NCBI GenBank assembly: GCA_037142015.1
Contig: JBAXBK010000023.1
Coordinates: forward strand, 1-32,000
DNA length: 32,000 nucleotides
From: Nitrospira sp.
Lineage (GTDB): Bacteria > Nitrospirota > Nitrospiria > Nitrospirales > Nitrospiraceae
Direction of reading: 5' to 3'
Of this stretch, positions 24,681-32,000 are shown piece after piece. Made by a program: the position numbers and the translations under genes. Under the pieces are notes generated by a model, which was given only the letters and a program-made list of their open reading frames with translations, had not been told where the DNA came from and ran no database searches. Within the stretch, counting starts at the first letter, position 1. Every line of letters begins with the position of its first letter.

Positions 24681-25171
24681 TCGTACTCTCCTGCAACATG
24701 CTTGGATGGTGGGGCTACGACATAGCCTCCCTCGCCTTTCAGATCGAGGCCAGGTTGCATACCGATGCGATTCTTCACCGGGTAGCCAGGGTGGAGAAAG
24801 TACAGATGCCGACCCCGTCGCGTCTTGACCTCGAAGGTCACCGGCAAGTTCAGGCTCTTGACGTTTTCTTCGCCATCCGGGCCATCGATATCCAGAACCA
24901 CAATCCCCGATGCGGCTCCAGTGACGATTCCGACGTTGCTGTTTGGCCATTGTTTCCACCACGAACGAATGGTCGCCCGGTCGCATGAAGCGTAGTCCTG
25001 CCACATATTGAGTCGCGGATGTTTTCCAGGACTTTTGCATTCAGAGTTCCCGCAAGTACAGCGACCATCCTTAGTCATCCCGTGGAGGGGATGGACACGC
25101 CATCCCATGTCGCCATAGACGAGGGCTGCGGCAAGGCACTCAGAGCCTTTTTTAGTTTTCAGTACTGGCAT
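24668..25171 (-). CDS. Bifunctional DNA primase/polymerase (Prim-Pol) N-terminal domain protein
   Basis: GWRVHPL...CTCGNSECKSPGKHPR...NVGIVTG..SGIVVLDIDG...TRRGRHLYF...GLDLKGEGGYVVAPPS matches the Prim-Pol signature. AGAGGA RBS. Confidence 0.85.
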   Translation of the reverse strand: MPVLKTKKGSECLAAALVYGDMGWRVHPLHGMTKDGRCTCGNSECKSPGKHPRLNMWQDYASCDRATIRSWWKQWPNSNVGIVTGAASGIVVLDIDGPDGEENVKSLNLPVTFEVKTRRGRHLYFLHPGYPVKNRIGMQPGLDLKGEGGYVVAPPSKHVAGEYEWIM

Positions 25172-25324
25172 GTGTTCCTCTTTGCTTGATTTCAGTTAAA
25201 GGGCTTCCGGTCTTCATTCGTATGAACGGAAAACGAATGGCTGAAGAATCGTTGTCCTCAAGAACGAGAAATCCGCCTTTAAGCATTCGAGCAACTGCCG
25301 TACCACTTTGTGATTCGCATGACT

Positions 25325-25555
25325 TCAAGCCCTCTCGTGTGCACCCTTCAAGGCTGGCGTGTAGTTCTCGTGAGTCAACTTCTCTAGATCTGACTCGCGA
25401 ATCCTGACGGCTCTTCGCCCAACGCGCACATACGCGAGCCGACGTTCGAAAATCCATTTGCGGACTGTGCAGGGCTGCAACCTCAGGCGGTCCGCGGCCT
25501 CTGGCACCGTCAAGAGCCGCTCTTCAAATTGACCTTTTCGATTCTGAATCGTCAT
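25325..25555 (-). CDS. Excisionase/AlpA-type HTH DNA-binding protein (76 aa)
   Basis: LLTVPEAADRLRLQPCTVRKWIFERRLAYVRVGRRAVRIRESDLEKL is the excisionase-family HTH pattern. It is the first gene of the minus-strand replication operon. Confidence 0.75.
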   Translation of the reverse strand: MTIQNRKGQFEERLLTVPEAADRLRLQPCTVRKWIFERRLAYVRVGRRAVRIRESDLEKLTHENYTPALKGAHERA

Positions 25556-25679
25556 GCTCCCAGGATACAGAAGCGCACATCGGCAGTCTACGCTCATAGG
25601 TAAATCATCTGTAGTGACACTAATAGACACTTGATAATTAGAAATACGTTGTGCTATATGTCCGTCACACTCAATCACA

Positions 25680-26495
25680 ATGGGGAGGCCGATGCGAACG
25701 TCCGCAACTCATTTGAACGCAGGATTTCTAGAACGATGGCGTGGGCCGAGCCTTGCCGAGAGGACCTCACAGTTGAAGTGGGTCTTGGCCTTTGCTCAAC
25801 AGGACATAGGGGGATTAGAAGAATCTGAATGGAAGGATCTTGAGGAAGGGCTTCAGCGCTTTTGTGGTGCGTGTGCCGCCTTCTCCCCTATTCAAGTGTG
25901 GAAGAATTACCCGATCGTCCCCGAGGCAACGTTGTCTAAGAAATGGGAGAAAGGGCGCCTGAAAGTACCGTTGACCAGAGGCGACTTGGAAAAGATGCAC
26001 CGCATGCTCAAGGAGGCGCTTGAGACCTTGTACCCGAAGCAGTTTCCTTCGGCTGAGGAAGATCGTCACCCGAGATGGCTCCTCCCTGTAACGATCAAGA
26101 AGATCGAACTTGTGGGACGTGTGGTCAAGCCTGCAAGGCGGGTCGTAAAGCGATTAGTAGCGGGGACGGTGGTACGTGCACACATCCATCGTCGCTATGA
26201 GGTGGGCTGGCCTGACCTGTTTTGGTTTGCATTCGCAGAGTACATGGAGACCTTTGCCACAGACCTACGCCGGTGTACAGAATGTCTGACCCTTTATGTG
26301 AAACGAAAACGCCAGGAATACTGCTCCAAGACTTGTTCTCAGCGCGTACGAACGCGTCGGTGGAAGGAAAAGGATCCCCTGCATGCAAGTGACAGCCGCC
26401 ATCAAGCCTATGTCAGGTATAAGCGCAAGGAGTTGGGGTCGGACAAAGTGAAACCACAGCGACGTGGGGCAAGGATTCGTAAGATGGGTATATGA
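25680..26495 (+). CDS. Hypothetical protein with a C-terminal CxxC...CxxxC zinc-ribbon (CGNR-like) and a basic tail
   Basis: RRCTECLTLYVKRKRQEYCSKTCSQRVRTRRWKEK. The gene is divergent from the excisionase-type gene and upstream of int. Confidence 0.55.
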   Translation: MGRPMRTSATHLNAGFLERWRGPSLAERTSQLKWVLAFAQQDIGGLEESEWKDLEEGLQRFCGACAAFSPIQVWKNYPIVPEATLSKKWEKGRLKVPLTRGDLEKMHRMLKEALETLYPKQFPSAEEDRHPRWLLPVTIKKIELVGRVVKPARRVVKRLVAGTVVRAHIHRRYEVGWPDLFWFAFAEYMETFATDLRRCTECLTLYVKRKRQEYCSKTCSQRVRTRRWKEKDPLHASDSRHQAYVRYKRKELGSDKVKPQRRGARIRKMGI

Positions 26496-26539
26496 CGACA
26501 TGGCTGATCTAACTAGCCTGAATGGAAGGACACTGGCAC

Positions 26540-27709
26540 ATGGCCATCAAGAAAACAAAAACAGGATATCAAATTCGTTGGTACAAGGCTGATGGCGGGG
26601 AAACGAAGAGAACCTATCGAGGCATCAGCCGAATTGAAGCTGAACACAAGGAACGGGAGATTCTGCACAAGCGTGACTATGGGGAAACCACGCCGAACCC
26701 TCGGCACGCCCCAACGCTGGATCAGGTTACCCAAGAGTGGATCGAGCAACACCGACCGGAGTGGAAGCTTTCCACGTTGGCTCAGTATCAAAACGTCATC
26801 GCCACGCATTTGAAGCCGACCTTCGGCACAGAGCGAGTCAGCCAGATCACCGGGCAGCGCGCCCTAGATCTCAGAACAAAGTTATACGATGCAGGGCTCT
26901 CGGCTCGTCGAATCAACCTCATCCTGCTCGTGCTGAAGATGATCCAGAAGGCTGCTCGGTACCCCTTGGTCGGCGTTAAGATGCTCCGCGAGGAAAAGAC
27001 GGAAGTAGACCCACTCGCCTCGGATGAAGTCGAGGCCATGCTCGCGAAGTGTCCGGCCTGGTGGCGGCCATTCTTTACGGTGTCGTTCTGGTCTGGCGCC
27101 CGGCCTGGCGAGTTGGCAGCGCTCAAGTGGGGAAACGTGGACTGGCGGATCAATAAGTTTCGTATTCTTGCCCGGCGGTATCGGGGCGATGAATCCACCC
27201 CAAAGACTCCGAACAGCACTCGCGAAGTAGATATGCTGCTGCCGGTCATTGACGCGTTAAAGGCTCAACGCGCCCAGCAAGCCGCCATGCGATTGAAGCG
27301 AGGGGAGGGGAAGCCGGAGGCGGGGAAAGATTATGTGTTCACCGGGCCAGAGGGTGGATTCCTGAACCTGAACTTCTTGAGAGAGAAAATCTGGTATCCG
27401 ACGCTGGACAGGGCCAAGCTACGCCGACGGACCTTTTATCAAACGCGCCACACCTTCGCGAGCAACGCGCTGGCTGCTGGCGAGAATCCGAAATGGGTGG
27501 CGGATATGCTCGGCCATAAGTCTACGCAAATCCTGTTCGACGTGTATGAGAAGTTTATTCCGAGGCGGACCCGGATGGATGGAAGCGCGCTCGTGGCTCG
27601 GATGAAGGAGGAGTCTGGACAACACACTGAGCCGATGTCGGTTCTGCAATACGACCCAAATACGACCGTTTCGCAACCTGCCCCATCCACCGGCTCAGTA
27701 TCTCAATAA
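26540..27709 (+). CDS. int: Tyrosine-type site-specific integrase
   Basis: N-terminal arm-binding-like MAIKKTKTGYQIRWY. The catalytic region includes RPGELAALKW, RHTFASNALAAGENPKWVADMLGHKS and FDVYEKF. The gene ends 12 bp from the tRNA 3' end. Confidence 0.9.
   Translation: MAIKKTKTGYQIRWYKADGGETKRTYRGISRIEAEHKEREILHKRDYGETTPNPRHAPTLDQVTQEWIEQHRPEWKLSTLAQYQNVIATHLKPTFGTERVSQITGQRALDLRTKLYDAGLSARRINLILLVLKMIQKAARYPLVGVKMLREEKTEVDPLASDEVEAMLAKCPAWWRPFFTVSFWSGARPGELAALKWGNVDWRINKFRILARRYRGDESTPKTPNSTREVDMLLPVIDALKAQRAQQAAMRLKRGEGKPEAGKDYVFTGPEGGFLNLNFLREKIWYPTLDRAKLRRRTFYQTRHTFASNALAAGENPKWVADMLGHKSTQILFDVYEKFIPRRTRMDGSALVARMKEESGQHTEPMSVLQYDPNTTVSQPAPSTGSVSQ
27650..27669 (+). repeat. Tandem TACGACCCA / TACGACCGT (11-bp period), candidate arm-type integrase site
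   Basis: Copies at 27650-27658 and 27661-27669, 53 bp inside the tRNA-proximal att core. Motif and orientation match 3672-3691. Confidence 0.55.
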
Positions 27710-27721
27710 CTTAGAGCGATT

Positions 27722-27743
27722 TGGTGCCGAAGGCGGGATTTGA
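27722..27743. repeat. tRNA-proximal att core
   Basis: Identical to 3521-3542. It corresponds to the T-loop through CCA of tRNA-Leu. Confidence 0.8.
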
Positions 27744-27808
27744 ACCCGCACACCCTTGCGGGCGCTAGACCCTGAATCTAGTGCGTCTGCCAGTTTCGCC
27801 ACTTCGGC
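27722..27808 (-). tRNA. tRNA-Leu (anticodon CAG), 87 nt, CCA encoded
   Basis: Manual fold: acceptor GCCGAAG/CTTCGGC, anticodon stem CTAGA/TCTAG with loop TTCAGGG, a long variable arm, T arm GCGGG-TTCAAAT-CCCGC, discriminator A and CCA. Confidence 0.9.
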
Positions 27809-27882
27809 ACATCGAGGTGGAAAGGGATTATCCTGAATTCGCGAGGTCCCCGTCAAGCAAGCGGCATTAATCACCGAAGCTC

Positions 27883-29322
27883 TCACTCGCATGAGGCCCA
27901 CAGTCCGGCCGTTGCGATGTCACGTCGGTTGCCACTGACCACGATCCGCTCGTGGACGATCCCGGCGGCGCCAAGCAATGGGGCCGCTGCAATCCACGGC
28001 GCCTCATCGGCAATCAAGACATCGAACCGGACGCGATTGAAAAGGGGATCGCTCAGCACTCGCGATGCCGTGGTAACTACGAGCCGCCGATTTTGAATGA
28101 AGGCCTGGCGGTTCGTGTCTTCTTCGGCCGAAAGCAATTCGCGGATCTTTTTCGTCCCGCCCAGCCTGACAATCTCCTCTTTCAGCTCGCTAAACTCCGG
28201 TCGCATCTCTTTCGGCACAGCAGCCTCCGGCACAAGTTCATCGATACGCGCCTTGGCCACATCCAGTTCCCCTCTCAGCTCGGCGCACTGACTTTCATAC
28301 AACTCTAGATATTGATGCAGTGATTCAACGTTTTTCCCGAAGGCCTGCAAGCTGAGCCGCCGGAAGAGCGGAAGGTTCTCATACTCAGCTAACGTGGCGT
28401 TTACCTCGTTGATCTTGGCCTGCAAGTCGCCAACCTGTGTGAGTAGTCGCCATTCTAAGAGACGCACTTCATCAAGATCCTTTTGTTTCTGTCTCTTGTA
28501 TGCCAACACCGGCGTCAACTCTCGAAATCGATCGTACTTGCGACGAAGCGCGGCCTTATCTGCATGCGAATTGGCATAAAACTGATGCATCTGCGCTTCG
28601 AACCCCAACTCCTGAATCCCGATACCCTCGACCTGCTGGGCCAATGCCATTTCATAGCGACTCACCCATGTCTTATACATAAGGCCCACCGCTTTCATGG
28701 CTTTCGCGATGGTTCCGACGAGTGCGTCCGCTGCTTGATGATCAGGGCAAACCACCAAGATTCGTTTATTTGCGCGAATCAGTTCGATTGCCAGCACAGC
28801 TAATCGCTGCCTGCGCACTGAGAGCTCGTCAGCCCAGACGCTCGTGAGGATCGACGATCCGGTGCCTGCTCCGGTAGATTCTTCCGTTTCCGCTACCGCC
28901 TCAAGGAGGGGAGCCAAGCGGTCTGCCGGACCAAGTCGATAGGCGTCTGGCTGTGCGAGCATGTCGCGCAATCGCATGGCCGACGTGGCTAGTACCCCTG
29001 CCCGATCGGGAACTACGGTCGCGCCAACACAGGACTCTCCGATCACATCGAATGCCTGCACGAGGACTACATGTCCTTGCCCGCCCAGCACGATGCCTTC
29101 AATTGGCTCCATGTCGTCATGAGGGATAATCGAGAGGGGAGTGTCAGGCTTGATGGACAAGCCTTCTGGAAGCGTCAGCTCATACAGATGAAGCGTACCG
29201 ATGGTACGCACAAGTCGGCCTGATACAAGAGTAATTGGCTGGTCAAGCGCTGTGTCGCTCGCTCGCTTCTCTTCGGCTTCATACCGGAGCGCCCACATTT
29301 CGAGAAGGTCTCGTGCGGTCAT
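27883..29322 (-). CDS. SF1 (Upf1/DNA2-like, AAA_11-type) helicase-related protein, apparently degenerate or truncated
   Basis: RLVVTTASRVL...RFDVLIADEA is a motif Ia/II-like region, with a long coiled-coil insert. The expected Walker A position reads KRILVVCPDHQAAD (no GxxxxGKT). The protein ends soon after motif II with no C-terminal helicase half. Confidence 0.55.
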   Translation of the reverse strand: MTARDLLEMWALRYEAEEKRASDTALDQPITLVSGRLVRTIGTLHLYELTLPEGLSIKPDTPLSIIPHDDMEPIEGIVLGGQGHVVLVQAFDVIGESCVGATVVPDRAGVLATSAMRLRDMLAQPDAYRLGPADRLAPLLEAVAETEESTGAGTGSSILTSVWADELSVRRQRLAVLAIELIRANKRILVVCPDHQAADALVGTIAKAMKAVGLMYKTWVSRYEMALAQQVEGIGIQELGFEAQMHQFYANSHADKAALRRKYDRFRELTPVLAYKRQKQKDLDEVRLLEWRLLTQVGDLQAKINEVNATLAEYENLPLFRRLSLQAFGKNVESLHQYLELYESQCAELRGELDVAKARIDELVPEAAVPKEMRPEFSELKEEIVRLGGTKKIRELLSAEEDTNRQAFIQNRRLVVTTASRVLSDPLFNRVRFDVLIADEAPWIAAAPLLGAAGIVHERIVVSGNRRDIATAGLWASCE

Positions 29323-29527
29323 AAGATTCTTGGGACTGTTGCCCTCATCATAGCGGTCGCCATCATACGGTCAGCTCTTGCACCTGTCCAGCTGGTCACA
29401 GGGTATCGTCCTGGTTACGATCACCTCATGATCCTGACCAGTGGAACATCATCTGCACATTGCGAATTGACTTTTTACTTGCCCCACTAGTATCCTCTTT
29501 TCCTTTCCAACAGAAGGAGTTAGGGGC

Positions 29528-30001
29528 ATGAAAGTCATTCTACAAGAAACAATGGACGGGGTCGGACATCTCGGTGACCTCCTTGATGTGAAAGATGGGT
29601 ATGCACGGAACTTTCTGCTCCCGCGCAAAAAAGCGGTGCTGGCAGACAGTCGCAGCATCAAGGCCTTTGAGCATATCAAGCGTGTAGCCGGTGAACGGGC
29701 AAAAAAAGAAAAGCTGGAGATCGAGACCCATGCCAAGAGCATCTCGGCCGTGTCGCTCACGGTGCAAGCCCAGGTCGGCAAGGACGACAAGATGTTCGGG
29801 TCGGTCACGACCAAAGACATCGCGGAACGATTGGCGGAGCAGGGGTTTACGGTGGATCGGCGCAAGATCCAGCTGGACCATCCGATCAAGGAGCTCGGCA
29901 CCTTTACCGTGCCGATTAAGCTTCCACGGGATGTGACCGCGACAGTAGTCATCCACGTCGTCAAGAAGCAGGAAGCTGAAACGGCTCCCGCTGAGGCCTA
30001 A
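29528..30001 (+). CDS. rplI: 50S ribosomal protein L9
   Basis: [37 protein letters not shown] is the canonical L9 N-terminus. AAGGAG RBS. Confidence 0.92.
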   Translation: MKVILQETMDGVGHLGDLLDVKDGYARNFLLPRKKAVLADSRSIKAFEHIKRVAGERAKKEKLEIETHAKSISAVSLTVQAQVGKDDKMFGSVTTKDIAERLAEQGFTVDRRKIQLDHPIKELGTFTVPIKLPRDVTATVVIHVVKKQEAETAPAEA

Positions 30002-30018
30002 CGAGGAAACGAACTGTT

Positions 30019-31281
30019 ATGAACGATGCGGTCGGTTCTTTAGACGCTCTCAAAGCCACGGACCCGGATGTCTATGCCGCAATTGTTGCCGAGGAAGAGC
30101 GGCAGCGTGAGAAGCTGCTGCTGATCGCCTCGGAGAACTTCGCCAGTCTCGCCGTCCTAGCTGCTCAGGGCTCCATCATGACCAATAAGTACGCCGAAGG
30201 GTACCCGGGAAAGAGGTACTACGGTGGCTGTCAGCATGTGGACAGGGTGGAGGATCTCGCTATCGAGCGGTGTAAGCAGATTTTCGGCGCGGAGCATGTG
30301 AATGTGCAGCCGCATTCAGGGTCGCAAGCGAATATGGCAGTCTACCTGTCTATACTGAAACCCGGTGACACGATCCTGGGCATGGACCTCGCACAAGGGG
30401 GTCATCTCACTCATGGCAGCAAGGTCAATTTTTCAGGGATCCTGTTCCGTGTGTTTTCTTACGGCGTAGAACGTGAGACCGAAACCATTAACTATGACGC
30501 GGTGCAGAAGGCGGCGGAAGAATGCCGGCCACGCTTGCTCATCGTCGGCGCCAGCGCCTACGCACGCACCTTTGATTTTCCACGATTCCAACAGATCGCC
30601 AAGTCGGTCGGCGCCTATCTGCTCGTCGATATCGCCCACATCGCCGGACTGATTGCCGCCGGACTGCATCCAAATCCTGTTCCCTATGCAGATTTTGTCA
30701 CGACGACTACGCACAAGACCCTCCGTGGGCCACGGGGTGGCGTCGTGATGTGCAAGGCTGAGCATGCCAAAGCGGTCGACAAATTGCTCTTTCCCGGAAT
30801 ACAAGGCGGACCCTTGATGCACGTGATTGCGGCAAAAGCCGTTGCCTTCAAGGAGGCCCTCTCACCGGCCTTTACGCGTTACCAGCAGCAGGTCATTGCC
30901 AACGCGAAGGTGCTGGCCCAAGGGCTCCTCGACCGGGGGTACAAGATTGTGTCGGGCGGCACGGATACTCATCTCATGTTAATGAATCTGACCAACAAGG
31001 GCATTACAGGCAAAGAAGCGGACGCGGCCTTGGGCGAGGCCGGTATTATCGTAAACAAGAATGCCGTGCCCTACGACGAAAAGCCGCCGGCCGTCGCCAG
31101 CGGCATTCGACTGGGAACACCCGCTGTGTCTACCCGCGGGATGCGGGAGGCCGAGATGAAAGAGATTGTGAGCTTAATCGATCGGGCTCTGCAGCATCGG
31201 CATGAACCTGCGACGCTCGAGGAAGTCCGCGCTCAAGCTAAAGCGCTCTGCAACCGTTTCCCGATCTTTTATCCCTACTAA
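30019..31281 (+). CDS. glyA: Serine hydroxymethyltransferase
   Basis: [21 protein letters not shown] and [15 protein letters not shown] (the PLP lysine region) are canonical GlyA blocks. Confidence 0.95.
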   Translation: MNDAVGSLDALKATDPDVYAAIVAEEERQREKLLLIASENFASLAVLAAQGSIMTNKYAEGYPGKRYYGGCQHVDRVEDLAIERCKQIFGAEHVNVQPHSGSQANMAVYLSILKPGDTILGMDLAQGGHLTHGSKVNFSGILFRVFSYGVERETETINYDAVQKAAEECRPRLLIVGASAYARTFDFPRFQQIAKSVGAYLLVDIAHIAGLIAAGLHPNPVPYADFVTTTTHKTLRGPRGGVVMCKAEHAKAVDKLLFPGIQGGPLMHVIAAKAVAFKEALSPAFTRYQQQVIANAKVLAQGLLDRGYKIVSGGTDTHLMLMNLTNKGITGKEADAALGEAGIIVNKNAVPYDEKPPAVASGIRLGTPAVSTRGMREAEMKEIVSLIDRALQHRHEPATLEEVRAQAKALCNRFPIFYPY

Positions 31282-31311
31282 CCTCCATCAGACTGGGCAG
31301 GATTGCCGCCT

Positions 31312-31776
31312 GTGAAATGTCCCTTCTGCGATGAACTCGAAGACAAGGTCGTAGACTCGCGCATGGCGAAGGAAGGCGAGGTTATTCGCCGCCGCCGCGA
31401 ATGTCTCGGCTGCAAGCGTCGCTATACCACCTACGAACGCGTCGATGAAATCCTTCCTATGGTGGTGAAAAAGGACGGCCGCCGGGAGTCGTTCGACCGT
31501 ACCAAGATTCTCGCTGGTCTCAAGAAAGCCTGTGAAAAACGGCCTATCAGTACCGCCACTATCGAAACCGTAGCGGATCGTATCGAGAAGCGCATTCAGG
31601 AAATGGGTGAGACCGAAATCGAGAGCCGGATCGTGGGCGAAGAGTTGATGAAAGAGCTGGATCAGCTGGATCAGGTTGCCTATGTTCGCTTTGCGTCTGT
31701 CTACCGAGAGTTCAAAGACATTGACCAGTTCATGGACGAGCTAAGAACGTTGGCCCAGCAACGCCGCGAGCGGTGA
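31312..31776 (+). CDS. nrdR: Transcriptional repressor NrdR
   Basis: (M)KCPFC...KVVDSR...[17 protein letters not shown] is the zinc ribbon, followed by an ATP-cone. The start is moved to GTG 31312 to give the canonical MKCPFC N-terminus. Confidence 0.9.
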   Translation: MKCPFCDELEDKVVDSRMAKEGEVIRRRRECLGCKRRYTTYERVDEILPMVVKKDGRRESFDRTKILAGLKKACEKRPISTATIETVADRIEKRIQEMGETEIESRIVGEELMKELDQLDQVAYVRFASVYREFKDIDQFMDELRTLAQQRRER

Positions 31777-31866
31777 GGGTCGCAGGATCCCTCCTCTCTC
31801 ATCATGGTCCTGCCGCCATTCGTCGATCTACAACAGAGCACAACTTCTCAACGAGTAGGCGTCACG

Positions 31867-32000
31867 ATGCCGACAACACACGCCATGTCTTCCAGACGAC
31901 CACGCAAAACCGGAGCGCCGAGCGGCACGCATGTAGCAATCATCGGTGCTGGCCGTGGAGGCACGGCACTGATGGAGATCTTTGCGACAGATCCGCTGGT
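31867..32000 (+). CDS. Partial CDS (5' end) with a GxGxxG-like N-terminus, function unknown
   Basis: MPTTHAMSSRRPRKTGAPSGTHVAIIGAGRGGTALMEIFATDPLV runs off the right edge. Confidence 0.35.
   Translation, partial: MPTTHAMSSRRPRKTGAPSGTHVAIIGAGRGGTALMEIFATDPL

Larger units (their letters stand above)
3521..27743. mobile_element. ~24.2 kb integrative genomic island in tRNA-Leu(CAG), with a P4/satellite-like core and mosaic cargo
   Basis: A 22-bp direct repeat TGGTGCCGAAGGCGGGATTTGA occurs at 3521-3542 and at 27722-27743 (the latter is the 3' end of the tRNA). A tyrosine integrase ends 12 bp from the tRNA. Excisionase-type HTH and Prim-Pol/ATPase genes are present. Tandem TACGACCGT repeats lie inside both ends. 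Composition shifts, IS/MITEs and gene fragments occur throughout. Confidence 0.8.

Noticed and set aside
27695-27901. 68-aa minus-strand ORF
   Set aside because: It is occupied by the tRNA-Leu gene.
1-32000. Search for CRISPR arrays, rRNA genes, retron/reverse-transcriptase genes or long tandem repeats
   Set aside because: I found no regularly spaced direct repeats with unique spacers, no rRNA-like sequence and no RT motifs. The only periodic repeats are the protein-level Sel1 units and the short 11-bp-phased pairs reported above.

Overview
This window appears to come from a GC-rich nitrifier chromosome. An unmistakable AmoC/PmoC-family CDS points to a comammox Nitrospira-like or other ammonia-oxidising organism; that taxonomy is inference only, because no searches were possible. 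The window has three parts. (i) 1-3520 is chromosomal. It holds a minus-strand operon ending in a NapC/NirT tetrahaem cytochrome, a back-to-back CarH/LitR-type MerR+B12 photoreceptor regulator, and a stand-alone amoC. (ii) 3521-27743 is a ~24.2 kb integrative island inserted at the 3' end of tRNA-Leu(CAG). It is bounded by a 22-bp direct repeat and has matching tandem 9-bp arm-type repeats inside both ends. Its tRNA-proximal third is a P4/satellite-like core: tyrosine integrase, Zn-ribbon protein, excisionase-type HTH, split Prim-Pol/RecA-like ATPase, small unknown ORFs, a serine recombinase and a C2H2-finger protein. The rest is mosaic cargo. A visibly lower-GC block carries a DUF4344 metallopeptidase, an NTF2-like protein, a PH-like membrane protein, a PEP-CTERM protein, and a DUF4238 gene bracketed by perfect 120-bp inverted repeats. 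A high-GC block carries a secreted haem peroxidase, a Tat multicopper oxidase and an SCO1 copper chaperone. The remaining cargo is one IS1380-family IS plus two derived MITEs, an MNT antitoxin whose HEPN partner is cut by a MITE, Sel1-repeat genes and several gene fragments (umuC, thermonuclease). (iii) 27883-32000 is chromosomal housekeeping: a degenerate SF1-helicase-like gene, rplI, glyA, nrdR and a partial CDS. No rRNA or CRISPR array was seen. The most unusual items are the 120-bp inverted-repeat-bracketed DUF4238 cassette, which may be a gene-scale invertible switch, and the CarH-type regulator next to the orphan amoC. All family calls rest on motifs I recognise by eye and need HMM/BLAST confirmation.
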